A stretch of DNA of 64,000 nt from a virus: positions 58,744 to 122,743 of the IMG/VR virus record IMGVR_UViG_3300033153_008400. One strand, given 5' to 3'. Positions 49,571-59,599 of the stretch are shown in pieces. The number at the start of each line of letters is the position of its first letter. Positions within the stretch are counted from its first letter, which is position 1. Both the position numbers and the translations under genes were made by a program. Under the pieces are notes generated by a model. The model was given only the letters and a program-made list of their open reading frames with translations, ran no database searches and was not told where the DNA came from.

Positions 49571-51590
49571 ACCATGAGTCGCCAATGTGTGCATCAGCCT
49601 TTATTTCAAGATTATCTAAATAATGATTTCCTCCCTCAATCATACAGTCTTCAAGTACAGATTTAGCTAAAGGGGCATAATATTCATCACATTCTACAAT
49701 TATTTCATCGTGTACGGAATTACAGATCTTCACTTTCCATAACAGATCTTGATCAATTATCCATTCAAAGAACATTGCAGTAGCTAATTTTAATTGATGT
49801 GCTCCTGCAGTTTGTACAGGACTATTTAAACATAATCTCTGATAAGCTGATTTTAATTTAAAATATTGAGAAATTCTATAAACGTTCTTTCTGTAATAAT
49901 CATAATCTTCTCTATTTTGAACTTCATATATTTTCTCATCTTCTCTTTCTATACTGTCTTTACGTTTATTATATTCCTTTTTACCATTAGAATAGTGTAA
50001 CCAATCATTTCTAGTCATTTCCTTAATTTCCTTATCTGACTTTACAAAAGAGTTATATTTAGGTAATTTCAATCTCCAACCGTCTACACTTTCTATAAAT
50101 CCACAGGATGTGGCTTCAATAAAGATCATGTTTCCCCAATCGTATAACCCTTCATGAAGGTCCTTAAATCCTACTTCAATTTCTATTGCACGTTTCATGG
50201 GAATACCCTCATTCATATGTAAAGTGTAAGCATTACCTCCATAAGACATTGCAAATCTAGGCGCTTTACTAGCCTTTCTCTTCTCATAATGATTAGTCAT
50301 AATTTCCTTATCACTTAAATCAGCTAATTCAGGAAATAATACTCTCGCTAACAAACTATGTAAGTCAGCCCCTTCGATAACTGATTTAGTCATCGCTTCA
50401 TCACCACTGAAATCAGCAGCAATAACAGTTTCCTGTCCTGACCAGTCACATACGACCATTTTCTTTCCTGGTTGAGATTCAAAACAACTTCTTGTCGCTT
50501 CGTCACTTGGGAAATTAAGGAAGTTAATGCTTCCTCGTCTCGAGCTGAGCCTTGCTGTATCTACCATAGGATTAAAATTTGTGTATACACGATTATCTTT
50601 AATCTTATCATAAATGTGCTGACCAAAAGTTGTTACTCTATGTTTAGCTCCTTGATAATGGAGCCACATGTCTACAAAAGGATGTTTAGATTTTGTAATG
50701 ATCATTTCTTTAATAGAATCTTTACCATCTTTATCCTTTGTATTGATATCATATGCTTTAAATACATTGACCATTTGCTTAGGAGAAGTAACCTTTACTA
50801 AAATTCTCTTCTTCATATCAAACATGTCTACTTGATTGTCAGCAAACTGAGGAAGGGTATTAAAAATATACTCTTCAACTTTACGTTGCCATTCATCTGT
50901 ATCTTTGATATCCTGCACCATCTTCTCTTTCCACTTTTTAGGACTAATTGGTAAACCACATTGTTCCATATATGCTAAAGCTTTAATGTATCTGCAGTGT
51001 AGTTCATAAGTTTTTATCTGTCCATATTTCTCTATCTTTTTCATAAGAGCATCATGAAGTTCAATTAATCTATCTACATCATTAAATGAATAAGTAATAG
51101 CTGTAGGTACACTTAATTTGACTATATGTATGTTCTTTTGAGTAGTCTTATCATATATTTGATCTAACTCTCGTTTCATACAAGCACCAAAATTGTGCAT
51201 TACAGGACGAAATGAACCATAAACTTCTTCAAATTGACCGTTGTAAATAACTTTACTGGCGATCATAGTATCTCTCACTTCCCTAGGGAAAAATCCGTAC
51301 TTATACATAAAGCCTAAATCAAATAAGGCATTATGAAAGATTAAGATTCTATCATGAAGATAAGGTGCCAAGTCTGAAAATTCATAATTGTCATCATACA
51401 TATGGATGAGGTAATTATTTTTACCTGTACCAATCTGCACGCAAAATATGTCACAGGTTTGGGTCACCAGGCCTGTCGTTTCTGTATCCAGGCCCAATAT
51501 TAAAGTTAACACCATTTCTTCCAATGAGCAGAAGTTGTATTTGCCTATATTGTCAAAGAATTCAGGATGTTTTGTTATTATATAATTCAT
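49557..51590 (-). CDS. polA: Family A DNA polymerase with 3'-5' exonuclease
   Basis: DTETTG, HNA.FD, TARLSS, motif A DWSGQE, motif B R...K...F...YG (Phe at the 762-equivalent position), motif C VHDEI. Confidence 0.97.
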   Translation of the reverse strand: MNYIITKHPEFFDNIGKYNFCSLEEMVLTLILGLDTETTGLVTQTCDIFCVQIGTGKNNYLIHMYDDNYEFSDLAPYLHDRILIFHNALFDLGFMYKYGFFPREVRDTMIASKVIYNGQFEEVYGSFRPVMHNFGACMKRELDQIYDKTTQKNIHIVKLSVPTAITYSFNDVDRLIELHDALMKKIEKYGQIKTYELHCRYIKALAYMEQCGLPISPKKWKEKMVQDIKDTDEWQRKVEEYIFNTLPQFADNQVDMFDMKKRILVKVTSPKQMVNVFKAYDINTKDKDGKDSIKEMIITKSKHPFVDMWLHYQGAKHRVTTFGQHIYDKIKDNRVYTNFNPMVDTARLSSRRGSINFLNFPSDEATRSCFESQPGKKMVVCDWSGQETVIAADFSGDEAMTKSVIEGADLHSLLARVLFPELADLSDKEIMTNHYEKRKASKAPRFAMSYGGNAYTLHMNEGIPMKRAIEIEVGFKDLHEGLYDWGNMIFIEATSCGFIESVDGWRLKLPKYNSFVKSDKEIKEMTRNDWLHYSNGKKEYNKRKDSIEREDEKIYEVQNREDYDYYRKNVYRISQYFKLKSAYQRLCLNSPVQTAGAHQLKLATAMFFEWIIDQDLLWKVKICNSVHDEIIVECDEYYAPLAKSVLEDCMIEGGNHYLDNLEIKADAHIGDSWYEAK

Positions 51591-51602
51591 TGTTATTTTT
51601 AT

Positions 51603-51836
51603 TTAATGTTCCCATTTGCTTTTTCCACAATGCATACAACTCATAGCTGTAGTTCCATCAGAAAAGTAAACACATTTTGGTTCTTCAGGAATATACTTGC
51701 AATTCATGTCGACTATAGGAGTAAATTTATCAATTACCTTGTTAGCTTCAATTAACATAGATATAAGTTCCTTCTTAGACAATTTTTTATACATTGTCAT
51801 TTTTTCTTTATTAGTTTGTTTTATAACTTGATACAT
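51603..51836 (-). CDS. Hypothetical protein with a C-terminal Cys/His cluster
   Basis: C....C..CG...H. Confidence 0.5.
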   Translation of the reverse strand: MYQVIKQTNKEKMTMYKKLSKKELISMLIEANKVIDKFTPIVDMNCKYIPEEPKCVYFSDGTTAMSCMHCGKSKWEH

Positions 51837-51925
51837 AATTTATTATAATTTTAAAAATTCTTCTCCATTAGAATAATCAATATCACAGTTATAATATTCA
51901 GGTGGTATAATTTCATTTTTCATAA

Positions 51926-52399
51926 TTACCAATAGTATTTAATTCCTATATACGCACTATCACGCCATAGCTGTTCTACATCTGTTGCTCTTTGATGTTG
52001 TAATTGTATTGAGCCTTTTAACCAATCATTCAATGTATAATCAAATTCTAAATTAAACATATAACTGAAGGCATCTTGTGAATAACTAGTTTCATGATAA
52101 ATTTGTGAAACTGCTATTCCAGGCAATACATGTATTTTTTCAGTAAGGTATATTTCGTAGTCAAATTTACCAAATACCCACTGTTGATATCCTAAATAGT
52201 TAAAAGCTTCATATTCCATTCCATACCAGAATACATCTTGAAATGTATCACTAATACCTATTTTCCAATTCAATGCTTTAGGATTTACATCACTACCCCA
52301 AAAAGCATTGACTCCATCTACGCGAAGTGAAATCTGTTGTCCCCACAATAGAAAGTTACTTAGGATGATGAAGGTCAATGCTAATATTAATTTTTTCAT
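51926..52399 (-). CDS. Secreted small outer-membrane beta-barrel-like protein
   Basis: Sec signal peptide ending LWG|QQ, amphipathic aromatic strands, C-terminus YIGIKYYW. Confidence 0.6.
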   Translation of the reverse strand: MKKLILALTFIILSNFLLWGQQISLRVDGVNAFWGSDVNPKALNWKIGISDTFQDVFWYGMEYEAFNYLGYQQWVFGKFDYEIYLTEKIHVLPGIAVSQIYHETSYSQDAFSYMFNLEFDYTLNDWLKGSIQLQHQRATDVEQLWRDSAYIGIKYYW

Positions 52400-52626
52400 T
52401 ATTCTTCTTTTTTGATTAAGAAATCTAAATGTGCAAATCCTTTAGTAGTATGTACTGTAATTTCGTTCTCATCATGTACAGACTCAAATCTTAATATTTT
52501 TGCTTCACCTGCTTTAATATCTTGGTGTTCTACTATTTCTCCTACAGAGAAATATTCTCCTTCAGAACTTATAGCTATTTTCTTATTGCAAGAAATAAAA
52601 TTCTGTCTTTTTTCGAGTTCTTTCAT
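52399..52626 (-). CDS. Hypothetical protein
   Basis: ORF in the operon. Confidence 0.5.
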   Translation of the reverse strand: MKELEKRQNFISCNKKIAISSEGEYFSVGEIVEHQDIKAGEAKILRFESVHDENEITVHTTKGFAHLDFLIKKEE

Positions 52627-52904
52627 GATTTATTTTTTTTAATTATATGTTTTACAGCTTTATTTACAAAATTTTCCATTAAATACTCTATAATATGAGG
52701 TTCATTTTTTATAAGATATACTTCTCCATTAGTATAAATAAAAGAAGCTTGATCTTTCTTTTTTGTACAGGTATAATTATAAACTCTAAATCCTACAATC
52801 TTTGTTACATCTAAATAAAGATCACTCCACATTGTATCATCATTCATATCAACTTCACCTTCTCCATCTTCTTTAAATACATTCAATTTTAATTTGTAGA
52901 TCAT
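52623..52904 (-). CDS. Hypothetical protein
   Basis: ORF in the operon. Confidence 0.5.
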   Translation of the reverse strand: MIYKLKLNVFKEDGEGEVDMNDDTMWSDLYLDVTKIVGFRVYNYTCTKKKDQASFIYTNGEVYLIKNEPHIIEYLMENFVNKAVKHIIKKNKS

Positions 52905-53579
52905 TTATAATTTATTTAAATTAATAAAGTCCAATGCTCCTATTACACGATAATGAAGCGTTCTTTGTTTTCTAAGAGCATCAGTCATCATATATCGTTG
53001 AGGTGTCCATACATCTTTGTATAGATATCCTTTATCCTTTGGTTTAGGAGGAATACACATTACTTTATTAACATAAAGATGATATCTCTGCCATATCCAA
53101 TTTCTAGTGAAACCAAATGGTACATCAGATGCTCTGTTCACTCCTTTAGGAGCCTTAACATCAAATACTGATATCCATTTATCATCAATGAATTGTGCCT
53201 TAAAATAACAATCCCCTTTCTCGAAGAGATCATTGAATAATGCATTCTTTACATTAGGGTTCCAAATAATGACTCCATCTGGAGTATACTTAGTAGTCCC
53301 AAGGAGTCTCTCATTGTGATAGTATCTCTTTTCAGTTTCTCTAATTGTTCCTTCATAAATAATTTTGTCTTCATACCACTGATAAGTTAAGCCATCAAAA
53401 AGCTGGAAAGTCTCCATCTTCTCCTCAGGGACATATTCAAGAATAATTCCCAAGGCAAGAGCTTCAGCTACCCACAGTAACCAAAACTCTTCCTGAGTAG
53501 GATTATCTAACCTTTCCATATGATATTGAAGATTGAAATAGTCACTATATTTTTTCATATAGTCTATAGTACTAATCAT
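52905..53579 (-). CDS. PD-(D/E)xK endonuclease (resolvase-like)
   Basis: YTPD...DVK. Confidence 0.55.
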   Translation of the reverse strand: MISTIDYMKKYSDYFNLQYHMERLDNPTQEEFWLLWVAEALALGIILEYVPEEKMETFQLFDGLTYQWYEDKIIYEGTIRETEKRYYHNERLLGTTKYTPDGVIIWNPNVKNALFNDLFEKGDCYFKAQFIDDKWISVFDVKAPKGVNRASDVPFGFTRNWIWQRYHLYVNKVMCIPPKPKDKGYLYKDVWTPQRYMMTDALRKQRTLHYRVIGALDFINLNKL

Positions 53580-53584
53580 AAATA

Positions 53585-54145
53585 TTAGTCAAGAATTACC
53601 CAATCATTATTACAAGTATCATTTACGCTAGGTGCCCAAGCATAAACAGTATTATCTGGATATACTATACACATTTGATTTCGATAACGAATATTATTAA
53701 ATAAGATAGGATCAAACCCTTCTTTAGGTGCTTTATTTCTTCTTATGAATTCATCCTTTACAGATTGAGGTAAACTTTGCATATTTGGTACAATTACCAT
53801 ATCAATATCGGCATGTACTTGTTTAAATACAAATAATCCTTTACCATTCCATCCTACGCGTTGTACTCTTTTTCCTTCTTGCAGAGCAATTATTGCATCA
53901 CCAAATGTACATCCTCCATCAAATTCTCTATAAGCTTTATCAAATACATGTTTAGGTGACATAGAAATATAACCTTTGTGATTAGAATGATTACGTTCTG
54001 ATTTAGGGTCTTCAGGATATTCTATTAAATATACTTTTTCATTCGGGTCTTCATCTTCAGGTATATCCCATCCTCTGTAATTACAATACTCTTTTTTTGT
54101 CATAGGCTTAGCCTTAATGATCTTTGTTCCAATGTAAGTTTTCAT
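53585..54145 (-). CDS. DUF2829 (Tad2-like) domain protein with an extra N-terminal domain
   Basis: TFG.AI.AL..GK.V.R.GWNGKG.F...W.PS..D....DW; N-terminal YIGTK...SPK.VF..AY module. Confidence 0.75.
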   Translation of the reverse strand: MKTYIGTKIIKAKPMTKKEYCNYRGWDIPEDEDPNEKVYLIEYPEDPKSERNHSNHKGYISMSPKHVFDKAYREFDGGCTFGDAIIALQEGKRVQRVGWNGKGLFVFKQVHADIDMVIVPNMQSLPQSVKDEFIRRNKAPKEGFDPILFNNIRYRNQMCIVYPDNTVYAWAPSVNDTCNNDWVILD

Positions 54146-54303
54146 TATTTTTATTTTTAAATTTATGTTGTGTTTTAAAATTTTTTCCTTTATTTAAATT
54201 TTGAGATTTTAAAGGTGTATTAATTAGGTTTCTTTTATTAATTTTTTGTTTAAAACCAATAATTTCCCACCATTTAAGCCCTAAAATTGGACAATACTCA
54301 AAT

Positions 54304-54561
54304 TTAATCATAAGGTTTAGTATATTTAGTTGTTGGTAATATTATAGGTGCTACTCTACTTAAAAATGTTACTCTTTCTTCTTTCTCATCAAACATAAAA
54401 TTTCCATTTGGAAGAGGTATTGAATTACCAGAGTGTTGATATGTAAAATTTATCCCTACCCGAGATAAAAATCCATTATATATTCTTTTATCTATATAAT
54501 ATCCTTTATATCTCAAATTACCCATCTGGATGAATATATGACATGACACAGTCTTGAGCAT
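54304..54561 (-). CDS. Hypothetical protein
   Basis: ORF; start uncertain. Confidence 0.4.
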   Translation of the reverse strand: MLKTVSCHIFIQMGNLRYKGYYIDKRIYNGFLSRVGINFTYQHSGNSIPLPNGNFMFDEKEERVTFLSRVAPIILPTTKYTKPYD

Positions 54562-54793
54562 CTACAAAATTTTCATCTACAGTTTCCATTACCAAAAATG
54601 CTGGTATTTCATTATATGTATCTAAAATAGTCTGAGCTTCTAATATAAATTCTCCTCCATCAATTAAATCGGCTTTAATTTGAGCTAAGGGTGTAAATAA
54701 ACTTGGATTATCTACAATTGCCCATTCGATGAACTTTTGTCTGTCTATTGTAAGTTTACTTAAGTCTTTACTAAATGTTTCTGTTGTTCCCAT
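54518..54793 (-). CDS. Hypothetical protein
   Basis: ORF in the operon. Confidence 0.5.
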   Translation of the reverse strand: MGTTETFSKDLSKLTIDRQKFIEWAIVDNPSLFTPLAQIKADLIDGGEFILEAQTILDTYNEIPAFLVMETVDENFVDAQDCVMSYIHPDG

Positions 54794-54794
54794 A

Positions 54795-56060
54795 TTATGC
54801 TACGTTTTGTTGTATTTGTTTATCTATTGATCTAAATAAGGCTATCCCTACTTTCACTTCTACAGAATTTCCAATATGTTTCTTCTGTTCAGTTTGTGTT
54901 CCTTCTAAGATGTACCAAGAGGGAAATCCTTGAATTTTTAACATTTCTTCCACCGTAAGTGGTCTCACTAAAATATCTGATATAGAAAATTTCTTACAAA
55001 ACTCTTTAATGAGTATCATAAATTTATCATCTGTATCTTCTATTTCAGGTATATTAGTCCCATGCTTATACATAGTAATTCCCATAGGAGCTTTATCCTG
55101 ACGAGCTATTAATGTAGCACTAGGCTTTTCAAAGCTTCTGTTGCTTCCACCATATTGTGGATTATGCATAAAACCATTTAGTTTTAAATGAACTAGAGAT
55201 ATTCTATCTTTAGTTGTTAATGTCGCACTGGGCTCATTCACATCTTGATGACCATCTTGTCCATAGTATTTTATCCCAAAATTAGTTCCTTTTTTAGGGC
55301 CAAATTTGTTCAAACCTTTATATATTCGCCTATGTGTTGCTTCTACAAAAGGTTTCTTTCTATCAAATATAGATTTACCTATATTGTCAAGATCTAAAAC
55401 TTCTTTTACAGCTCTCCACTTACGATGAGTAATTCCACACTTAGAGTGTGTCTGAGGTGGATTACCAATATCTTTATAATTCTTAGCAAATTGAAGAAAG
55501 AGTCTTTTCCTAATCGTTACCCCTCCATAGTCAGCAGATATCAGATTCTCATCAAAGTACAAGTGACTAAAGTATCTTCTACCTAAAGTCTTAACCCAAG
55601 CATCATATGAAGTACCTTTCATAACTCCCACAGGATTACCACAGGAGTCTAATGGACCCCATTCTCTGAACTCCTCAACGTTTTCTACCCAGAAGAAGTC
55701 TGGGTTGATACCATCAAGGTATCTGAACATATCTTCAGCTAAAGTTCGGCTATCGGCATCCTTAGGTCCACATTTAGCTTTACTAAAGTTAGTACACTCT
55801 AATGATGCCCATATAGCTATCTTACAATCAGGATACAATCCTCTTAATCTTCTTACCTCTTCTATGAGTGGTGTTAAATCAAATGTTCTGATATCTTCTG
55901 TAGAATGAATGCAATAAGGATAATTCGCGGCGTGTGAACGCAATGCAGTGTCATCATGATTGATACACCATATAACTTCTATATTTGTTCTGCTTTCAAA
56001 GATCGCAGTAGAAGTTCCTCCTGCTCCTGCAAAAAGATCTATTACATAGGTCTTAATCAT
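54795..56060 (-). CDS. Orphan C5-cytosine DNA methyltransferase
   Basis: DLFAGAGG, ASLECTNFS (motif IV), ENV.EF, R.RLF, R.L...E....QGFP, IGNSV. Confidence 0.92.
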   Translation of the reverse strand: MIKTYVIDLFAGAGGTSTAIFESRTNIEVIWCINHDDTALRSHAANYPYCIHSTEDIRTFDLTPLIEEVRRLRGLYPDCKIAIWASLECTNFSKAKCGPKDADSRTLAEDMFRYLDGINPDFFWVENVEEFREWGPLDSCGNPVGVMKGTSYDAWVKTLGRRYFSHLYFDENLISADYGGVTIRKRLFLQFAKNYKDIGNPPQTHSKCGITHRKWRAVKEVLDLDNIGKSIFDRKKPFVEATHRRIYKGLNKFGPKKGTNFGIKYYGQDGHQDVNEPSATLTTKDRISLVHLKLNGFMHNPQYGGSNRSFEKPSATLIARQDKAPMGITMYKHGTNIPEIEDTDDKFMILIKEFCKKFSISDILVRPLTVEEMLKIQGFPSWYILEGTQTEQKKHIGNSVEVKVGIALFRSIDKQIQQNVA

Positions 56061-56382
56061 TTCCGTGTTTCATTACAGATGCAATACCTATATCTCTGGA
56101 TGCTTTAGAATAATACATTTCACTTGTACCTATAACTTTTCCGTTACGGGCTTTTAATATAAAGTATAACTCTCCCCTTTTAGATGTTTTCTTCATAAAT
56201 CTGGATTCAATTTGAGAGTTAGCCATAACAGATTCAATTCCATTGTTTCTGCCTTGTTTAGTCTTATAGCCTTGGCTTACTAATATTATTTCACGATTAC
56301 GTGCTTTAAGATTAAATCTATGTGATCCATCTGATCCAGTAAGCACTGTATAATTAATTGAGTATTTTGGATTATTTTTCAT
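56053..56382 (-). CDS. yegP: YegP/DUF1508 tandem-domain protein
   Basis: Two F.LKA.N...I..S..Y......GI.SV repeats. Confidence 0.85.
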   Translation of the reverse strand: MKNNPKYSINYTVLTGSDGSHRFNLKARNREIILVSQGYKTKQGRNNGIESVMANSQIESRFMKKTSKRGELYFILKARNGKVIGTSEMYYSKASRDIGIASVMKHGND

Positions 56383-56392
56383 TTTTAATAAT

Positions 56393-57457
56393 TTAGTTAT
56401 TTAGTGAACGTAAATTTCCTTTAGTATAATGAGCATGTCTTGGACAACCTCCAGGTTTAACAGGTGCCATACCTGTAAACTTGATACGTTCTCCTATAAG
56501 GAAGTTTCCATGATTTTGCATTAAGGATTTTCTATCTTTATGATCGAAACCATTTAATGATACTGTAAGTTCATTACCATCATCCATTTTCACTTTAAAT
56601 CCTTTAGCCATTCCTGATGGAATTCTATCTTCTTTAAGTTGAGATGTTTTACTACGTCCTAATTCATTGATAGTTTTTATAGCTCCTTTACGAGCTTCAG
56701 TACCTTCTTCAACACTTAATATGATCCCTTCATAATCTTTATTAGAGTCTTTAATTTTAAATCCTTGAGCAGCATTTAATGTAAGACGCCCTGTTTTATA
56801 CAAAGAATTTTTACGCATAAGTACAAGTCCTTCTCCACCATTTGCTATAGATTCAGCATAAGATTGAGTTATAAATTCCATATTGTCAGGTTCAAATTGA
56901 TCAATCAAGGATGCATCGTCATTACTTATTTTCTGACGTTTGAACATATGTTGTAAGTTTGTATATCTTTCATATTTAGTTCTATCATCTCCATTAGTAA
57001 ATACATGGTCAAATACATAGAATCTCAATGATGGATGCCATGTAGTAAGCCATTCAACAGTTCTTCCTGGATATTTCCAACCCTTAGTAGGATCTCCACT
57101 TGTTTTCTCCCACATTTTAGTGTACTTAGCTACAGTTTTTTCTGATGTTACATCCTCTGTTCTAAAGAAATGCATTAATTCAGCAAAATTCATTTCATGA
57201 GAAAAGAATTCAGCTTCAATTACACCAGTATGCTGAGCAAGTAATGTTAAATCTTCACCCATTCGATTAATGTGTAAAGATGGTAATGTCTTTAAACTTC
57301 TACCTTTTACAGTAGCATCTTCAAAGAGTTCTACGCGTGCTCCATCATATTTATGTGACAAAAGCCAATCTTGAGGATTACCAATTCTGGCCTCCCAATT
57401 TATAGTCTCCCCTGCTTTATCATTAGGTAAAAGTAAAGGCTTCCAATTATTTTTCAT
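56393..57457 (-). CDS. ATP-dependent DNA ligase
   Basis: KYDGAR, FYVFD, EGLVL, FKIK and a C-terminal OB fold. Confidence 0.88.
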   Translation of the reverse strand: MKNNWKPLLLPNDKAGETINWEARIGNPQDWLLSHKYDGARVELFEDATVKGRSLKTLPSLHINRMGEDLTLLAQHTGVIEAEFFSHEMNFAELMHFFRTEDVTSEKTVAKYTKMWEKTSGDPTKGWKYPGRTVEWLTTWHPSLRFYVFDHVFTNGDDRTKYERYTNLQHMFKRQKISNDDASLIDQFEPDNMEFITQSYAESIANGGEGLVLMRKNSLYKTGRLTLNAAQGFKIKDSNKDYEGIILSVEEGTEARKGAIKTINELGRSKTSQLKEDRIPSGMAKGFKVKMDDGNELTVSLNGFDHKDRKSLMQNHGNFLIGERIKFTGMAPVKPGGCPRHAHYTKGNLRSLNN

Positions 57458-58004
57458 ATTTAAAATATTGTTTAGTTATATAATGTTTTTTACCTGTTCT
57501 AAGACTTTCTTGTATAAAAGTTCTTGTATAAGGTGTTTCTTTATTAGCATGTCTAATACTATCATGCGTTTGTAAATATTTAGCATCAGAAGAAAATAAA
57601 TATATTTCCTTCTTATTAGCTCTATTTTTCATTAAACCAGTACGTCCTGCATGTGCCATATTTTCTTGATGAGTACACCATTCTAAATTTTCAAAATAGT
57701 TATCTGAAGTATTACCAAATTTATGGTTAATTTCCACCAGTTTTCTTGGATTATCTACAAATGCTTCACCAACAAGTCTATGAACTAAATAAATTATAGT
57801 ACCATAATCAGCTCTAAGACTTACTTTTTTATAACCGAGTTTATCTGTTTTTTGTTTAAGAATACACTCAGGAACTCTTCTAATTCTTATTCCATTTTTA
57901 TCTCTTACTAATCTAGACAAAGATTTAACTCTGCCATGATTACTAATTTGGTAAAACCTATATCCTCCTATCATGCACCATTTTTCTGGTTTAAATTGTT
58001 TCAT
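57447..58004 (-). mobile_element. Free-standing NUMOD4-HNH homing endonuclease
   Basis: YQISN.GRVKSL.R, VHRLV..AF, INH..GN..DN...NLEWCT..EN..HA. Confidence 0.9.
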
Positions 58005-58013
58005 TTTTAAGGT

Positions 58014-58196
58014 TTAAGGTTTATAAACAGTTATACTTTCTTTTAAATCTGGAACAATAAAACTTTCTTGAAGTTCTAAACTACCTGCAAGTTCATTTAT
58101 ATATTTATCTAAAGCTTCTTCTTTAGTATCAGCCTCTACATGATAAATTTCTGCATGCATTATTTTTCCAGTGTCTTTAATTTTGAAAATTGGCAT
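58014..58196 (-). CDS. Hypothetical protein
   Basis: Short ORF. Confidence 0.45.
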   Translation of the reverse strand: MPIFKIKDTGKIMHAEIYHVEADTKEEALDKYINELAGSLELQESFIVPDLKESITVYKP

Positions 58197-58213
58197 TATT
58201 TTTAGGTTTTAAA

Positions 58214-58389
58214 AGGTGAAGTATTATAGTTATCGTTTCATGTAAGCATTAAAGCCCATCTTACACTTCCATTATGCACGCCCTTGTTACAGAGGTTTAA
58301 TACTGTGGGTTTATACAGCCCTCATCATATTCTCATCTTGTTCTCAAATATGTGTGCAATTATAACAGTAATGGTACTATACTTCACCT
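58214..58389 (-). ncRNA. Candidate structured non-coding RNA (176 nt)
   Basis: Perfect 11-bp closing stem AGGTGAAGTAT/ATACTTCACCT with several nested stems; no substantial ORF. Confidence 0.5.
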
Positions 58390-58408
58390 AGATTATTAAG
58401 TAAACTAA

Positions 58409-59599
58409 TTATCTTTCTACTTCTTCGTATTTGTCGAAGTCAGAAGCTGGTGTTTCTACAGCTAGATCACCAACATAGTTATGTTGTTCTTTAGCTAAGT
58501 CAACTCCTTCACTAACGGCGTCTGCCATCAATTCATCAAGTCTTGCAGTAGACATTTTATCATACTCAGAAGAGTGATATATGCCTTTTAATGGCACATC
58601 TAAATCCCAAACATTGTTAGGGAAGATAGCATCAGTTCTGATAGCTCTTCCTTCACTTTGGAAAGATATGATGTCCCCAGGATTAACGAAACATACAAGT
58701 ACAGCTCTCCCTGCGCCTTGATATGTGTCGATGTACAATAATCCACCCGTGTAGAGACCTCCACCACCAAAGGTGTGACTAAGGTTTCTTCTCGCTTTTT
58801 TAGGAAGATGTTGCATTTTTCCTACCTCATATACATATCCTATCTTTTGACCACTATAGAATTTGTCTCCATTTTTATATATAGAAGGTGTAAATAAATA
58901 ATCTTCTAAATGATCAGGTTTTGTATAGGTTTCTTTAACCAAGATATCACCAGTAGTTGGATCAACCTGTGCAGGAATTATCTTATACTTTTTCTTCATC
59001 ACCTTAGTATAAGAATCATTTTCTTCATCATGTTTCATGAGATATTTCCAATCTACTATGTCAGCAACTTTATAAGTAACTAACATACCTTCCTTACTGA
59101 TAGAAATGTCTTGATATGTACACATACTCTCAGCTATATCAGGTTCAATATCTTGGTCTTCAATCAATTTATTTACAGCTTTTTGGTCTGTAAAAGTTGC
59201 TTCTAAATAGGTAGCAAAATAATTACCCATTTGTTCAGTATATCGAGGGTTACTCAATAAACGCGCCCAAGCTTTAAGAATAGGCATAAAGTCAATATCT
59301 TTATCATGAGATTTATTGATAATGTCTATAAGTGTTTGAGGGATAGCATTTGTACTTCTAAAACCATCAAAGGCTAAGAAATACTTATTGGTCACAGGAC
59401 TATAAATTAAGTATTTGTTGGAGCCTGCTACTTCTCCTAAGCGTGCAGATTCAATATAAGCTAATATTTCTGCATCAGGTGTATTTTCTTTTTGAGCTTT
59501 TTCTAGCCAAGCAATAGCTGTATCGGTTCTTGTAATATTGAAGGGCTTTCCTCCAATAGAACCTGTAATAGTAGATTCTAATTTTCTAAAATTAATCAT
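58409..59599 (-). CDS. rIIB: rIIB-like protein
   Basis: Follows the rIIA-like gene; W.RL..NP, I...G....YK, GL..G...Y, V...VNP.DI.. Confidence 0.75.
   Translation of the reverse strand: MINFRKLESTITGSIGGKPFNITRTDTAIAWLEKAQKENTPDAEILAYIESARLGEVAGSNKYLIYSPVTNKYFLAFDGFRSTNAIPQTLIDIINKSHDKDIDFMPILKAWARLLSNPRYTEQMGNYFATYLEATFTDQKAVNKLIEDQDIEPDIAESMCTYQDISISKEGMLVTYKVADIVDWKYLMKHDEENDSYTKVMKKKYKIIPAQVDPTTGDILVKETYTKPDHLEDYLFTPSIYKNGDKFYSGQKIGYVYEVGKMQHLPKKARRNLSHTFGGGGLYTGGLLYIDTYQGAGRAVLVCFVNPGDIISFQSEGRAIRTDAIFPNNVWDLDVPLKGIYHSSEYDKMSTARLDELMADAVSEGVDLAKEQHNYVGDLAVETPASDFDKYEEVER

Noticed and set aside
49830-50070. Intein or intron in polA (charged insert between motifs B and C)
   Set aside because: The insert is short and in-frame, with no C/S...HN intein ends and no endonuclease motifs.
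54114-54311. 65-aa K/N-rich ORF
   Set aside because: Very AT-rich low-complexity sequence overlapping its neighbours; coding status cannot be supported.
58214-58389. Hammerhead ribozyme or tRNA call
   Set aside because: It has AUGAUGA rather than CUGANGA, the stems do not fit a hammerhead, and no T-loop or cloverleaf is seen. Kept only as an unclassified RNA.
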